A stretch of 64,000 nt of DNA from Candidatus Lambdaproteobacteria bacterium (GCA_016204605.1 JACQKK010000032.1:6361-70360); one strand, 5' to 3'; counted from the stretch's first letter, positions 49,033 through 58,826 are shown. Made by a program: numbers and translations. The notes: generated by a model not told the origin, from the letters alone.

Positions 49033-50265
49033 CTAGGGCGTATCATACCGGATGTCGAAGGTGCCGTCTCCCCTGCCCTTGCCGGTGAGCACGGCGTTTG
49101 CGCTGGCGGAGATCAGCACCAGCTCGGGCCGGCCATCGTGGTCGAGATCCGCTTGGTACAGGGTGATGATGTCGTGGCCGGTGGTTTCGGGCGGCAGAGC
49201 CCGGAATCCGCCGCGCCCGTCGCCCAGCAGCACGGTGAGCGTGCGGGAGGTGCGGGTGGAAGCGGCCAGATCCGGGATGCCGTCGCCGTTGAAGTCGCCC
49301 GCCACCAGCCCGTGCGGATTGGTGCCCAGCGGGTAGCGGGGCCCCGGAACCCAGCCGCCCTGGCCATCGCCCCGGAGGATTTCCACCGCCCCCTCGCCCG
49401 CCACGATGACCGCCAGATCGAGGCGCCCGTCGCCGTTCCAGTCGCCGTAGGCCCGGTAGTGCGGCTGGCGCCCCACCCCGATGGTCCGGACGGGCTCGAA
49501 GGTGCCGTCGCGCTTGCCCAGGTACACGTGCAGCCGGTTTTCGATCAGGCTGCCCACCACCAGGTCCGGCAGACGATCCCCGTTCAGATCGACCTGTTCC
49601 AGGATATGCGGGGCCTCGCCGACGGCCAGGGTGCCCGCCCGGACGAACGTGCCGTTCCCGCCGTTCCGCAGCAGGACGATGCGACGTTCGAGGGTCTCCA
49701 GCGCCGCCAGGTCGGGCCGGCCGTCGTGGTCGAAATCGAGCGCGACGGCGGAGGTGGCGGCACGGACGCCCGCGATGTCGCGGCGACCCGAGAAGCCGCC
49801 CTGGCCATCGCCGTGGTAGAGGCTGAGGCTGTCGGAGCCCGTGTTGGTGACCACCAGGTCCGGCCGTCCATCGCCATCGACGTCGGCGACGTCGATCCAG
49901 TTGGGTCCGATCGCCGTGGGATACCGGCGGATGGAAAGAAACCCGCCCCGGCCGTCACCGAGCAGCACCGTGACCTGCCGCGAGGAGGCGTTCGGGATCG
50001 CCAGATCCAGATGACCATCGCGATTGAAGTCGGCGCCGACGACATGGTGCGGGAAGCCGCCGACCTCCCAGGGCCCCGCCGCCACCTCCATGGCGGCGGG
50101 CACGCCATGCGCTCCCGACGCGGCCATGGGCCCAGCGGCGGAAAACGGGCTGGCGGAGGTCGGGGGGGCGGAGGAGGGTGCAGAGGTGGATTCGGCGGGC
50201 AGCTTGGCGGGTGCGACCAGCAGCCAAAGCACCGCCACCCCAGCCCCCCGTGCCGTGACCCTCAT
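49033..50265 (-). CDS. Secreted FG-GAP/VCBS repeat protein
   Basis: Seven DxxxDGxxDL-type repeats with GxGxGxF turns; signal-peptide-like N-terminus. Confidence 0.9.
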   Translation of the reverse strand: MRVTARGAGVAVLWLLVAPAKLPAESTSAPSSAPPTSASPFSAAGPMAASGAHGVPAAMEVAAGPWEVGGFPHHVVGADFNRDGHLDLAIPNASSRQVTVLLGDGRGGFLSIRRYPTAIGPNWIDVADVDGDGRPDLVVTNTGSDSLSLYHGDGQGGFSGRRDIAGVRAATSAVALDFDHDGRPDLAALETLERRIVLLRNGGNGTFVRAGTLAVGEAPHILEQVDLNGDRLPDLVVGSLIENRLHVYLGKRDGTFEPVRTIGVGRQPHYRAYGDWNGDGRLDLAVIVAGEGAVEILRGDGQGGWVPGPRYPLGTNPHGLVAGDFNGDGIPDLAASTRTSRTLTVLLGDGRGGFRALPPETTGHDIITLYQADLDHDGRPELVLISASANAVLTGKGRGDGTFDIRYDTP

Positions 50266-50397
50266 GGACGCTCGCGTTTTCGGGCGTGCTCCCGGGCGCC
50301 GGCGCATCCCGACCCCTCGGCCTGCCCCCCCGGTGCCGGGCGGGAGGTCGGGATGCGCCAGTCCGGCGGCCCGGGGCGGATGAGCGGCGGCCCGGCC

Positions 50398-51381
50398 CTA
50401 TCCGAAGAGGGCCGGGTTAAGCAGACCGGAGAGCGGTGGCATGATGGGCTTGACCTCGCCGCCCCACACGATGATGAAGCGCAGCAGCAGCCCCCCGACG
50501 ATCAGCAGCGCGAACTTGACGCCGGCAAGCTGTTCCTCCCAACGGCGCACGATCAGCTCCACCACGCCCAATACCAGCGGGATCAGAATACCCGCGCCGA
50601 CCAGCCCCACCCAGAACCATACCGCCAACGGGCCGCGCACCAGGTAATCGAACACCACCGCGCTCATGTTGACGCCCATTCTCGAGGGCGTCGCCGCAAG
50701 CGCCGAGAGATAGTTCAGGAAGAACGCCAGGATGAGAATCTCGATCAGCTCGAACACGAGCACCGCAACGGTGCCGGCCAGAATGATCTGGCCCATGCTC
50801 TGCTTGAGCTCCGCGACGGCCGGGAGATAGCGGTAAGTCAGGAGCAACAGCAGCCCTGCGACAGCTACGCCGGTGAGGACGCCGGAGTTGACGAATAGTA
50901 CCGGCAGGACGGACCGGGGCCAGAAGGGCACCGTTTGCGACCCGCTCAGCAGCATGGCGGTATTGATCGCGAACCAGATCGCGAATGGTATTCCGATGAT
51001 CCCGATCACGCGGCGCACTTTCGGGTAGATTCCGAAGTACCAAAGCGCCGCGTACACCACGATGAAAGGTCCGGAGAGGAGAAGCGCCCAGCCCCCAAAC
51101 ACCATCCACGAGCCGTAGTTGGAAAAATACCAGGGGAAGAACACGCCCCGCCAGGGTCTGCCCAGATGGATCGCGATGAACAGACCGGCCAGCGCCCAGG
51201 CAGGAATGGCGGTGTAAGCGGCGAGCTTCGCCACCGTTGCATAGCCTTTGGACTTCGCCTGCGCGAAATCGGCGCACACGGCGACGATGAACAGACCGGC
51301 CGCCAATCCTCCCAGGAACAGGTACAGCGGAACGAATCCGTAATCGCTCCACTTCGATTGCATCACGATGATGGGTGTCAT
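50398..51381 (-). CDS. NrfD/PsrC family membrane anchor
   Basis: YLFLGGLAAG, IHLGRPWR, SWM.FG.W.L, FWVG....G..IPL, GGLLLRF.IV.GG. Confidence 0.9.
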   Translation of the reverse strand: MTPIIVMQSKWSDYGFVPLYLFLGGLAAGLFIVAVCADFAQAKSKGYATVAKLAAYTAIPAWALAGLFIAIHLGRPWRGVFFPWYFSNYGSWMVFGGWALLLSGPFIVVYAALWYFGIYPKVRRVIGIIGIPFAIWFAINTAMLLSGSQTVPFWPRSVLPVLFVNSGVLTGVAVAGLLLLLTYRYLPAVAELKQSMGQIILAGTVAVLVFELIEILILAFFLNYLSALAATPSRMGVNMSAVVFDYLVRGPLAVWFWVGLVGAGILIPLVLGVVELIVRRWEEQLAGVKFALLIVGGLLLRFIIVWGGEVKPIMPPLSGLLNPALFG

Positions 51382-51624
51382 GACCCGCTCCTTTGCAGGG
51401 GTCGAATCTCACGTCTCTCGCGGCGTACACCCTCCGGCCGATGCTTCCCCAGGCTCAGGTCGTGCACGCCGATGTTCGCAGCAGTCGCCTCTCCTGGCGC
51501 CAGTCCCCGCCACTCGCCCCGTCAGGGGTGAGAGCGGCCCGCCCGGCGCCCGGCGCACATCCCCGGAGCTGGGCGGCGTGCCGGGATTTGGCGCGCGTGC
51601 GGCACGGGCCGCCCCGCCATGGCG

Positions 51625-52272
51625 TCACCCGGTCGGATAGGCCGTGCTCCAGCCCCAGTTGGATTCTCCGTAGCCACGGGTGGCCACGCGCTGACGCACC
51701 ACTTTCTCCACCTCGACCGCATCGCCGGCCACCAGGGCCTTGGTGGCGCAGACCGAGGCGCACAGCGGCAGCTTGCCTTCCGCCACGCGGTTGGAGCCGT
51801 ACATCAGGCGTTCCCGATCCGACAGCGGCTTTTCAGGCCCACCCGCGCAGAACGTGCACTTGTCCATCACCCCGCGCTGGCCGAACGCCAGGCCGGAAGG
51901 ATACTGCGGCACCCCGAAGGGGCAGGCATAGCCGCAGTATCCGCAGCCGATGCAGGTCTCCTTGTTGACGTGGACGATCCCGTCGGCCCGGGTGAACAGC
52001 GCGTCCACCGGGCACACCGAGATGCAAGGAGCGTTGGTGCAGTGCATGCACGGAATCGGCACGTTGGTCTCGCCCGTCTGGCCCTCGTTCACCGTCACCA
52101 CCCGGATGCGGGCAATGCCCATGGGCACGTTGTTTTCGTTCTTGCACGCCACCTCGCAGCCGCCGCATTCGATGCAGCGCTTGACGTCGACGTAGAACTT
52201 CATCCGCGCCGCCTGCGCCTTGGCCGGTGCCGCGCCGGCCGAAGGATCGGTAACCATCAATGGCTTGGCCAT
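51625..52272 (-). CDS. fdhB: Formate dehydrogenase iron-sulfur (beta) subunit
   Basis: RMKF..D..RCIEC.GC.VACKNEN.VP.GI.R.RVVT.NEG, CMHC..APC..VCP, CIGCGYC.YACPFG.PQY, DKCTFCAGGPE. Confidence 0.9.
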   Translation of the reverse strand: MAKPLMVTDPSAGAAPAKAQAARMKFYVDVKRCIECGGCEVACKNENNVPMGIARIRVVTVNEGQTGETNVPIPCMHCTNAPCISVCPVDALFTRADGIVHVNKETCIGCGYCGYACPFGVPQYPSGLAFGQRGVMDKCTFCAGGPEKPLSDRERLMYGSNRVAEGKLPLCASVCATKALVAGDAVEVEKVVRQRVATRGYGESNWGWSTAYPTG

Positions 52273-52282
52273 GGTGCCCCCC

Positions 52283-55084
52283 TCATGCCTTCACGATACG
52301 ACACAGCCCACCCTTGGTCTCCTGCATCTGGGTGATGCGGTCGTAGCCGTAGTTGGTGACGACGTTGGCCGATTCGCCGACCCCGAAAGGGATATGCCCC
52401 TCGGGAAACTTGGCGGCCAGGGACTTGCCTTCGAACGATCCTGCCCAGTGGAACGGGAGGAACACCATGTTCGGTGTCACGCGGCGGGAGACTCTGGCCT
52501 TGACCTTGACCCGGCTGGGCTTGTCATCCAGATCCTCCGGACTTTCGATCCACATCCAGTCGCCGTGGCTGATGCCATACTTGGCGGCCATTTGCGGGTG
52601 TATCTCCGCGTACATCTCGGGCTGCAGCTCGACCAGCCACCAGCAGTTGCGCTCGCTGTCGCCGTTCCCTTCGAACTCGACCTGCCGGCCGGAGTTGAGG
52701 ATCACGGGATACTTCGCCGCCCAGTCGGCCTTCTGCAGGCTCTTGTAGAGCGTGGGCACCCGGTAGTGGTTCTTCACGTCGTCGTAGGTCGGCCACTTGA
52801 CGATCAGGTCGGGCCGCGGGCTGTGGATCGGCTCGCGGTGCTTCGGCACCGGATCGTCCTTGAGGTTCCAGGCGTTGATGCGCGCCCGGCCGTTGCCCAA
52901 GGGGGCCAGCCCCTTGGCGAGGGCCTCGGCGATCGGCTTGCCGGTGAGGTCCGTACCGTACCCCGCCGCCGCATCGTAGCCGCCTTTGATGGAGCTGCCG
53001 ACCGGAGCCGCGCCTTTGGCGGCGAGCATGGACTTGCCGTCCGGCGCCTCCTTGCCCCAGCGGGCGCGGAAGCCCAACCCGCCCTGGGCGACCGGGATGT
53101 CCATCCGGTAGAGGATGTGGCTGCCGGGGTGCTTGTCCGTCCAGCAGGGCCAGGGCAGGCCCCATTGCTCGCCCTTGACCGGCCCGGACTGGGCGATCTT
53201 GGTGCGGATGTCGAAGACGTGGGCCCACTCCTGCTGCCGCTTCATGCGGGCCACCGTCTGGCCGATCATGCCGATGGAGCGCATGCCGAGGCTCCATTCG
53301 GCTGCAATGTCTTCCACCAGCGTCTGGGGCGCCCAGGCCTTGTTCCGGTTCTTGGCGAACTCGGCCCCGAACCCCAGCCGCTTGGCGAAATCGACCATGA
53401 TCTCCAGGTCGGTGCGGGCTTCGAAGACCGGCTTGACCACCTCGTTGCGCCACTGCACGTCGCGGTTGGAGTTGGTGACCGAGCCCCGCTGCTCGTACGT
53501 GGTGGCCGCCGGAAGGACGTAGACCCCGTCCTGGCGGTCCGGCAGCACGGCGGTGTTGGGCACGAACGGATCGATGGTCACGACGAAGTCGGCCTTTTCC
53601 AGTCCCCGCTTCACGCGGTCCATCTGGGATTGGCTGCCCGTCGAGTGACCCCAGAAGATCACGCCGTGGAGATTGACCGATTGGCCGAGCTCCTTGGCGT
53701 CCATCAGGAAGCCCTCGTACCAGCGCGCCACCGTGAAGCCGGGCGACTCCATCATCTTCTTGTCCTTGAAGCGCGACTTGAGATAGTCGAGCTCCACCCC
53801 CCAGACGTTGGCCCAGTACTTGTGGGCGCCTTCGTCGATCCCGTAGTAGCCCGGCAGCGAATCGGAGGTGACGCCCAGATCCGTGGCGCCCTGGACGTTG
53901 TCGTGGCCGCGGAACACGTTGGTGCCCCCGCCCGGCCGCCCCATGTTGCCCAGCACGAGCTGCAGCACGCAGTAGCTGCGCACGATGGCGGTGCCGTTGC
54001 TGTGCTGCGTCCCGCCCATGGCCCAGATCACCGTGCCCGGGCGGTTCTCGGCCATGGTCTTGGCGAGCTGTCGGATCGTGGCTTCCGGCACGCCCGTGAC
54101 ATCGGCCACGGTGGCCACGTCGTACTTCTTCAGCTCCTCCTTGAGGAGATCGAACCCGTAGGTGCGCTCCTCGATCATCTTCTTGTCTTCCCAGCCGTTC
54201 TCGAGGATCACGTTGACCAGGCCATAGATCAGCGCGACGTCGGTGCCCTGGCGCAGGGCGACGTGCTGGTTGGCGAGCCCTGCTGTCTGGGTGAAGCGCG
54301 GGTCGGCCACGATCACCGGCGCGTGGTTGACCTCCTTGGCATAGAGGATGTGCTGCATGGCGATCGGGTGCGAGGTGCACACGTTCTCCCCGATGATGAA
54401 GACACACTTGCTGTTCCTGATGTCGTTCATCGAGTTGGTCATGGCCCCGTAGCCCCACACGTTCGCCAGCCCCGCCACGGTCGTCGAGTGGCAGATGCGC
54501 GCCTGGTGGTCGATGTTGTTCGACCCCCAGAACGTCGCGAACTTGCGGATGGCGTAGGCAGTCTCGTTGCTGTGGTGCGCCGAGCCCAGGATCATCAGTG
54601 CATCGGGGCCATGCTTGGTGCGCAGCTCCTGCATCTTGGCCGAGATCTCGCCCATGGCCTGATCCCAGCTCAGCCGCTTCCACTTGCCGCCCTCGAGCTT
54701 CATGGGGTAGCGCAGTCGCTTCTCGCTGATGACGTGTTCGCGCGCAGCCGAGCCCTTGGAGCAGAGGCTGCCCTGGTTGATCGGGTGCTCGTACCAAGGC
54801 TCCTGGGAGATCCAGACGCCGTTCTGCACCTCGGCGATCACGCCGCAACCGACCGCGCAGTTGCTGCAGATGGTCTTCACCTGCTCGACGGCCCCGCCCG
54901 CGGCCGGGGTCTCGGCGGCCTGCGCCTCCCGCACCAGCGCAGGCCCCAGGGTCAGTGCGCCCAGCCCCAGCCCCGCACCGCGCAGGAAACCGCGCCGGTC
55001 CAGCGAGGCGTTGAGGCCGCCCAAGGCAGGGGCCACGCTCCGCACGCTACCGCGATGGGTCGGGGAGATTCGTTTGAGCTTCAT
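52283..55084 (-). CDS. fdhA: Formate dehydrogenase catalytic (alpha) subunit, Tat-exported, Cys-type
   Basis: Tat motif DRRGFL, CSNCAVGC...LCSKG, NNIDHQARICHSTTVAGL, RGHDNVQGATD, WGLPWPCW. Confidence 0.95.
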   Translation of the reverse strand: MKLKRISPTHRGSVRSVAPALGGLNASLDRRGFLRGAGLGLGALTLGPALVREAQAAETPAAGGAVEQVKTICSNCAVGCGVIAEVQNGVWISQEPWYEHPINQGSLCSKGSAAREHVISEKRLRYPMKLEGGKWKRLSWDQAMGEISAKMQELRTKHGPDALMILGSAHHSNETAYAIRKFATFWGSNNIDHQARICHSTTVAGLANVWGYGAMTNSMNDIRNSKCVFIIGENVCTSHPIAMQHILYAKEVNHAPVIVADPRFTQTAGLANQHVALRQGTDVALIYGLVNVILENGWEDKKMIEERTYGFDLLKEELKKYDVATVADVTGVPEATIRQLAKTMAENRPGTVIWAMGGTQHSNGTAIVRSYCVLQLVLGNMGRPGGGTNVFRGHDNVQGATDLGVTSDSLPGYYGIDEGAHKYWANVWGVELDYLKSRFKDKKMMESPGFTVARWYEGFLMDAKELGQSVNLHGVIFWGHSTGSQSQMDRVKRGLEKADFVVTIDPFVPNTAVLPDRQDGVYVLPAATTYEQRGSVTNSNRDVQWRNEVVKPVFEARTDLEIMVDFAKRLGFGAEFAKNRNKAWAPQTLVEDIAAEWSLGMRSIGMIGQTVARMKRQQEWAHVFDIRTKIAQSGPVKGEQWGLPWPCWTDKHPGSHILYRMDIPVAQGGLGFRARWGKEAPDGKSMLAAKGAAPVGSSIKGGYDAAAGYGTDLTGKPIAEALAKGLAPLGNGRARINAWNLKDDPVPKHREPIHSPRPDLIVKWPTYDDVKNHYRVPTLYKSLQKADWAAKYPVILNSGRQVEFEGNGDSERNCWWLVELQPEMYAEIHPQMAAKYGISHGDWMWIESPEDLDDKPSRVKVKARVSRRVTPNMVFLPFHWAGSFEGKSLAAKFPEGHIPFGVGESANVVTNYGYDRITQMQETKGGLCRIVKA

Positions 55085-55151
55085 GGTCTTGCCCCCTCTG
55101 GAAGGTCGGTTCCATCGAACGACGGGTCAACTCCGCCAGGTCGATCCGCCC

Positions 55152-55355
55152 CTACCGGTACAGCGTGCGGTAGTAGCGCTCCACCTCCGGGGTACGCCGA
55201 TAGAGGATCGGTCCCTCCTCCGCCGGCGCCGCGGCTGCGCGACGCGGACCTCCCCTCCCGATACCCAGCGCGAGCGACGCGACGCCCAGCCCGGCCAGCA
55301 AGCCGGCCAGCAGGGTGCGTCTGGGCACGTTATATTTCTGGTGTTGGGATTCCAT
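55152..55355 (-). CDS. Small twin-arginine protein typical of FDH loci
   Basis: RRTLLAGL plus C-terminal YRRTPEVERYYRTL. Confidence 0.8.
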   Translation of the reverse strand: MESQHQKYNVPRRTLLAGLLAGLGVASLALGIGRGGPRRAAAAPAEEGPILYRRTPEVERYYRTLYR

Positions 55356-55445
55356 GGCGTCTCTCCGGTGATCGTCGCCGCTGGCCCGACCCCTCGGGAA
55401 CTACCCCCCGTTCCCCAGGACACGGGCGCGCCGCTTGAAGGCTGA

Positions 55446-55694
55446 CTAACTGATGCTTTCCAGCGTCGTGCAGGTGCGCGTCCCATCGCTGCAAATCTCG
55501 CCGATGCTGGCGCGGACCCAATACCCCACTTCCAGCTCCCCGAGCTCGCCCCCCTTCGTGCCCATGGTGCAGGGCTCGCAGACGGCGATCGAGGCGGCCT
55601 CGGGCACGGAGATGCTATACTCCTCGCCGCCCTCGGTGCGGATGACGGCGGTGCGGGACACCACATCCAATTTGCTGATCTTGCCGATGATCAT
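55446..55694 (-). CDS. Small Cys-containing hypothetical protein (OB-fold-like pattern)
   Basis: 82 aa, RBS aggggg, G.I..LD...L.VG..V pattern; CEPC and CSDGTRTC. Confidence 0.65.
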   Translation of the reverse strand: MIIGKISKLDVVSRTAVIRTEGGEEYSISVPEAASIAVCEPCTMGTKGGELGELEVGYWVRASIGEICSDGTRTCTTLESIS

Positions 55695-55769
55695 TGCGAC
55701 CCCCTGGTATGGTGCGCCGGATCACTTCCCCAGGTGATCCCGGCTCGGATGGAACGGCAGAAGCACCCC

Positions 55770-55788
55770 AGATGGTATCATGCCAAGT
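55770..55788 (-). promoter_or_regulatory. Shared upstream motif (sigma54 -24-like), copy 1
   Basis: Minus strand ACTTGGCATGATACCATCT; 14/19 identical to 58827-58845 and at similar distance from the first start codon. Confidence 0.35.
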
Positions 55789-55952
55789 CTTTCTACCCAC
55801 TTTCCCGATCGACAGTCAACATAGACCGGCGCGTGCGAAGGGATTCCGTCCCGCTCCACCACCGGCGTCGGCAGCATCCGCAGCGTGCACCCCCACTCCC
55901 CGGCCGCAGCGACGCGTGCGTGTCCCTGCCGTTCCCTTGCCCCGGGCGGGTC

Positions 55953-57809
55953 TCAGCGGCCCCAGCCGAGGGGGACACTGCGCTGCGCCGGCTGCGATCG
56001 GGCGGCCGGCGGCATCGCCGCGCTTGCGCCGGGTTCGGGCGGCAGGCGCCCTTCGGCATCCCAGCCGCGCAGCCGGTAGTACTCGGCGCGCGCCTGGCGG
56101 AACCGCTCCCGGTCGATCCCTGCCCGCCCGCCACCCTCCGGGCCGTCCGCCGCGCCATCCGGCCCCCGGAAGAAGCGGGCCGGCAGCGTGTCCTCCGCCT
56201 CGCTCCATCCCTGGCGCTGGTTGAATCGCTTCTTCAGACGCTGGATGCCCTCGGCGGTGCGGGCGATCTCCTCGGCGGTGAAGGGGTGGCCCGTCAGGGC
56301 GGTCAGCATCTCCGCCGCCTCCGCATAGAGGTCCCGCACGGCGCGCCGGATGAACCGGCACAGGATCAGGGAATCCATCACCGCGCCTTGGTTCTCGCGC
56401 TCGATCAGCAGCGGGATGCGCTCGGTATCCACCCGGAAGCGGTCTACGGCGCCGGTCAGATCGAGCTCGTAGGCCCCGCTGCGGTTGTGGTCGGCGCCGC
56501 GGGAGCCGACCGCCAGGCCGATCCCCAGGCTCTGCAGGCCGCGCGGATGGTAGCCCGGCATTTCGAGCCCCTTGACGTGGGCCGCGAAGGCCTCGCTGCC
56601 CTGGCCGATGCGGGCCGCGAGCGCCCGCGTCCCCAGAGCCAGCAGGGCGCCCTCGCCCTCCCGGCGCGCGATGCGCTCGACCGCATCGAGCACGGCGGGG
56701 CCGTTGCCGAAGCGGAGGTCGCCGAAGCGGGCCAGGCCGCGCTCGGCGCACTCCATGGCGAAGGCGAGCGTACCGCCGGTGCTGATCGTGTCCAGCCCCA
56801 GCGCATCGCAGCGGCGCGAGGCCTCCAGCACCACGGCCGGATCGTGCAGGTCCAGCAGCGGGCCGAGCGCGAACAGGCTCTCGTACTCGAGGCGCACCTG
56901 GCCCCCGCCCTCCAGCTCCACCCGCCGGTCGCAGCCGATCTTGCAGTCGGCGCAGGTGGAGCGGTGGACGGCGCGCGTGGCCAGCAGGGTCTCGGCGGAG
57001 AGATCGGCGGCCAGCGCGTGGCTGGTCGCCTGGAAATTGCGGGTGGGCAGCACCTCCAGCCGGTTGAACACCAGCAGGTTTCCGATGGTGCCGGTGGTGC
57101 GGTACTTCTCGGTCGCCGCCCCCATGCTGCGCGCCTGCAGGCGGCGCCGGATGGCCTCGAACCGGGCCGGGTGGGCCGGCCGTACCTCCGGCCGACCCCG
57201 CACGGCGAGCGCCTTCAGCCGCTTCGAGCCCAGCACGGTGCCGGTGCCCCCCCGGCCGGCGTGGCGGCCCGCGTGGGTCAGCGTGGCGAAGGGCACGCCG
57301 TTCTCTCCGGCGGGCCCGATGGCGGCCACCTCGTGGTCATCCCCGAAGCGTGCGCGCAAGGCGGACTCGGTCGCCTCGGCGCTAAGCCCGCGCCACTCGG
57401 CGGCCGGATGGAGCGACGCGCCCTCGGGCTCGACCCGCAGCACGCACCATTCCGGCGCCGCCCCCACCAGCACCAGCGCATCCGCCCGCAGCCCGCGCAG
57501 CGCCAGCGCGATGTGGGAGGAGATCATGGCGTCGTTCAGCCGCCCGGTGAGCGGCGAAAGGCACAGCACCGCGGCCTTGGCCGAGGTGTTGAGGCCCGTC
57601 CCCACCAGCGGCGCGCTGGCCAGCACCAGCGGGGCCTCGGGCGCGAGCGGATCGTAGGCGCCCCGGGTCTCGGCGAGCAGCAGCCAGCACCCCAGCCCTG
57701 TGCCGCCCAGGTAGCGCGTCAGCACCTCGGGCGCGAGCGGCACCTCCTCCATCACGCCGCGCGTGAGATCCACCCGCAGGTAGCGGCCGTGGAAGCCGTG
57801 CATGGCCAT
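55953..57809 (-). CDS. aor: Tungsten-type aldehyde:ferredoxin oxidoreductase family protein
   Basis: GRYLRVDLT, SPLTG, IGPAGEN, GRGGTG.VLGSKRLKA, CADCKIGC, EYE, DALGLDTISTG, KGLEMPGYHPRG, DSLILC.F. Confidence 0.93.
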   Translation of the reverse strand: MAMHGFHGRYLRVDLTRGVMEEVPLAPEVLTRYLGGTGLGCWLLLAETRGAYDPLAPEAPLVLASAPLVGTGLNTSAKAAVLCLSPLTGRLNDAMISSHIALALRGLRADALVLVGAAPEWCVLRVEPEGASLHPAAEWRGLSAEATESALRARFGDDHEVAAIGPAGENGVPFATLTHAGRHAGRGGTGTVLGSKRLKALAVRGRPEVRPAHPARFEAIRRRLQARSMGAATEKYRTTGTIGNLLVFNRLEVLPTRNFQATSHALAADLSAETLLATRAVHRSTCADCKIGCDRRVELEGGGQVRLEYESLFALGPLLDLHDPAVVLEASRRCDALGLDTISTGGTLAFAMECAERGLARFGDLRFGNGPAVLDAVERIARREGEGALLALGTRALAARIGQGSEAFAAHVKGLEMPGYHPRGLQSLGIGLAVGSRGADHNRSGAYELDLTGAVDRFRVDTERIPLLIERENQGAVMDSLILCRFIRRAVRDLYAEAAEMLTALTGHPFTAEEIARTAEGIQRLKKRFNQRQGWSEAEDTLPARFFRGPDGAADGPEGGGRAGIDRERFRQARAEYYRLRGWDAEGRLPPEPGASAAMPPAARSQPAQRSVPLGWGR

Positions 57810-57832
57810 CCCGTGATCCCCTGCTCCCCCCA

Positions 57833-58744
57833 TCATCCCCCCACGGCGGCGCTGAACAGCACCAGCCTGTCGCCGGTGCGCAGCGGGTGATCCGGATCGA
57901 CGATGATCTGTTGACCGTTGATCGCGCAGCGGAAGTGCTCGATCCAGGCGCCGTCCTCCCCCAGCCCGCGGGCGGCCTCGGGGTCGATCCGGCGCAATGC
58001 CGCCAGGGCCGCGCCCACGGTCTCGGCGTGCAGCGGGAACGCGGCGCAGCCCGTGGTCAGCCGCAGTTGCCCGTACACCTCCAACGTGACGGCCGGCTTG
58101 GCCGGATCGCTCAGCCCGAGGGTCACCAGCGTGCGCCGCAGCCCGGCGGGGTTGCGGACGGCGAGCAGGGCGTCGGTGGGATGGCCGTTCCCGGCGACCC
58201 CCAGGCTCGCCGAGGCGCACCGCTGTGCCTCGAACACCCGCTCCGGCGACTCGCCCTGCCTCAGTCGAGGCGCCGCCTTGACCAGGGCCGCCCGCCGCAT
58301 CGCCACCAGCAGCGCGGAGCCCGCCTCGCCCCGCGCGGCCCAGACCACCCCGTCGCCGGGCTCCCGCTCCAGCGCGCGGCACAGCGGGTCGATGCAGGCG
58401 GGGGTGAGCAGGGGCATGTCGCCGGTCAGGGCGACGATGGTGGTGGCCTCCGGGGGCAAGTGCGCCGCGGCCTCGGCCAGCGCCCTGCCGGCCCTATCGA
58501 GATCGGCCTCGGCCCGCACGAGGGTCACCCGGCGCCCCAGAGGCGGCGCCAGCCGCGGCGCGCGGCGGCCCGCCAGCGGCACGAGCAGGATCGCACCCAC
58601 CAGCGGCGCCAGCGCGACGATCACCCGGGCCACCAGCGGCTCCGCCCCCAGGCGCAGCGCCGAGACGTCCTGCACCCACGCATCGCCAATGCCTGTCACG
58701 ACGATGGCGGCGCGGTGCTCCTGCGAGGCACAGTGCTCCTGCAT
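57833..58744 (-). CDS. Degenerate MobA-like nucleotidyltransferase fused to a MoaD/ThiS sulfur carrier
   Basis: L.LG..PLV.RV, LTGDMPLL, VRNP..L (MobA-like); C-terminal V..YG.LR...AING...L..GD.L.LF.AAVGG-stop. Confidence 0.7.
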   Translation of the reverse strand: MQEHCASQEHRAAIVVTGIGDAWVQDVSALRLGAEPLVARVIVALAPLVGAILLVPLAGRRAPRLAPPLGRRVTLVRAEADLDRAGRALAEAAAHLPPEATTIVALTGDMPLLTPACIDPLCRALEREPGDGVVWAARGEAGSALLVAMRRAALVKAAPRLRQGESPERVFEAQRCASASLGVAGNGHPTDALLAVRNPAGLRRTLVTLGLSDPAKPAVTLEVYGQLRLTTGCAAFPLHAETVGAALAALRRIDPEAARGLGEDGAWIEHFRCAINGQQIIVDPDHPLRTGDRLVLFSAAVGG

Positions 58745-58826
58745 GGCGGTGCCTCCCGGATGGCCCGCGGGGGCGCGACACGGCGGCGCCGGGTCGCTCC
58801 CGCGCGCAGCGGCCTCTGACCCGCAG

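Noticed and set aside
45631-50898. 1755-aa plus-strand ORF
   Set aside because: Antisense shadow of well-supported minus-strand genes; high GC suppresses stop codons and it has no recognisable motifs.
52220-55438. 1072-aa plus-strand ORF (likewise 60564-63956, 40581-43187, 36378-39362, 1193-3124)
   Set aside because: Antisense shadows of fdhA, the sulfite reductase, the Mo enzyme, gpmI and the UGSC operon.
55953-58382. 809-aa extended AOR (similarly 12767-15127 and 59878-60981 extensions)
   Set aside because: The N-terminal extensions overlap real upstream genes in other frames; family homology starts at internal ATGs.
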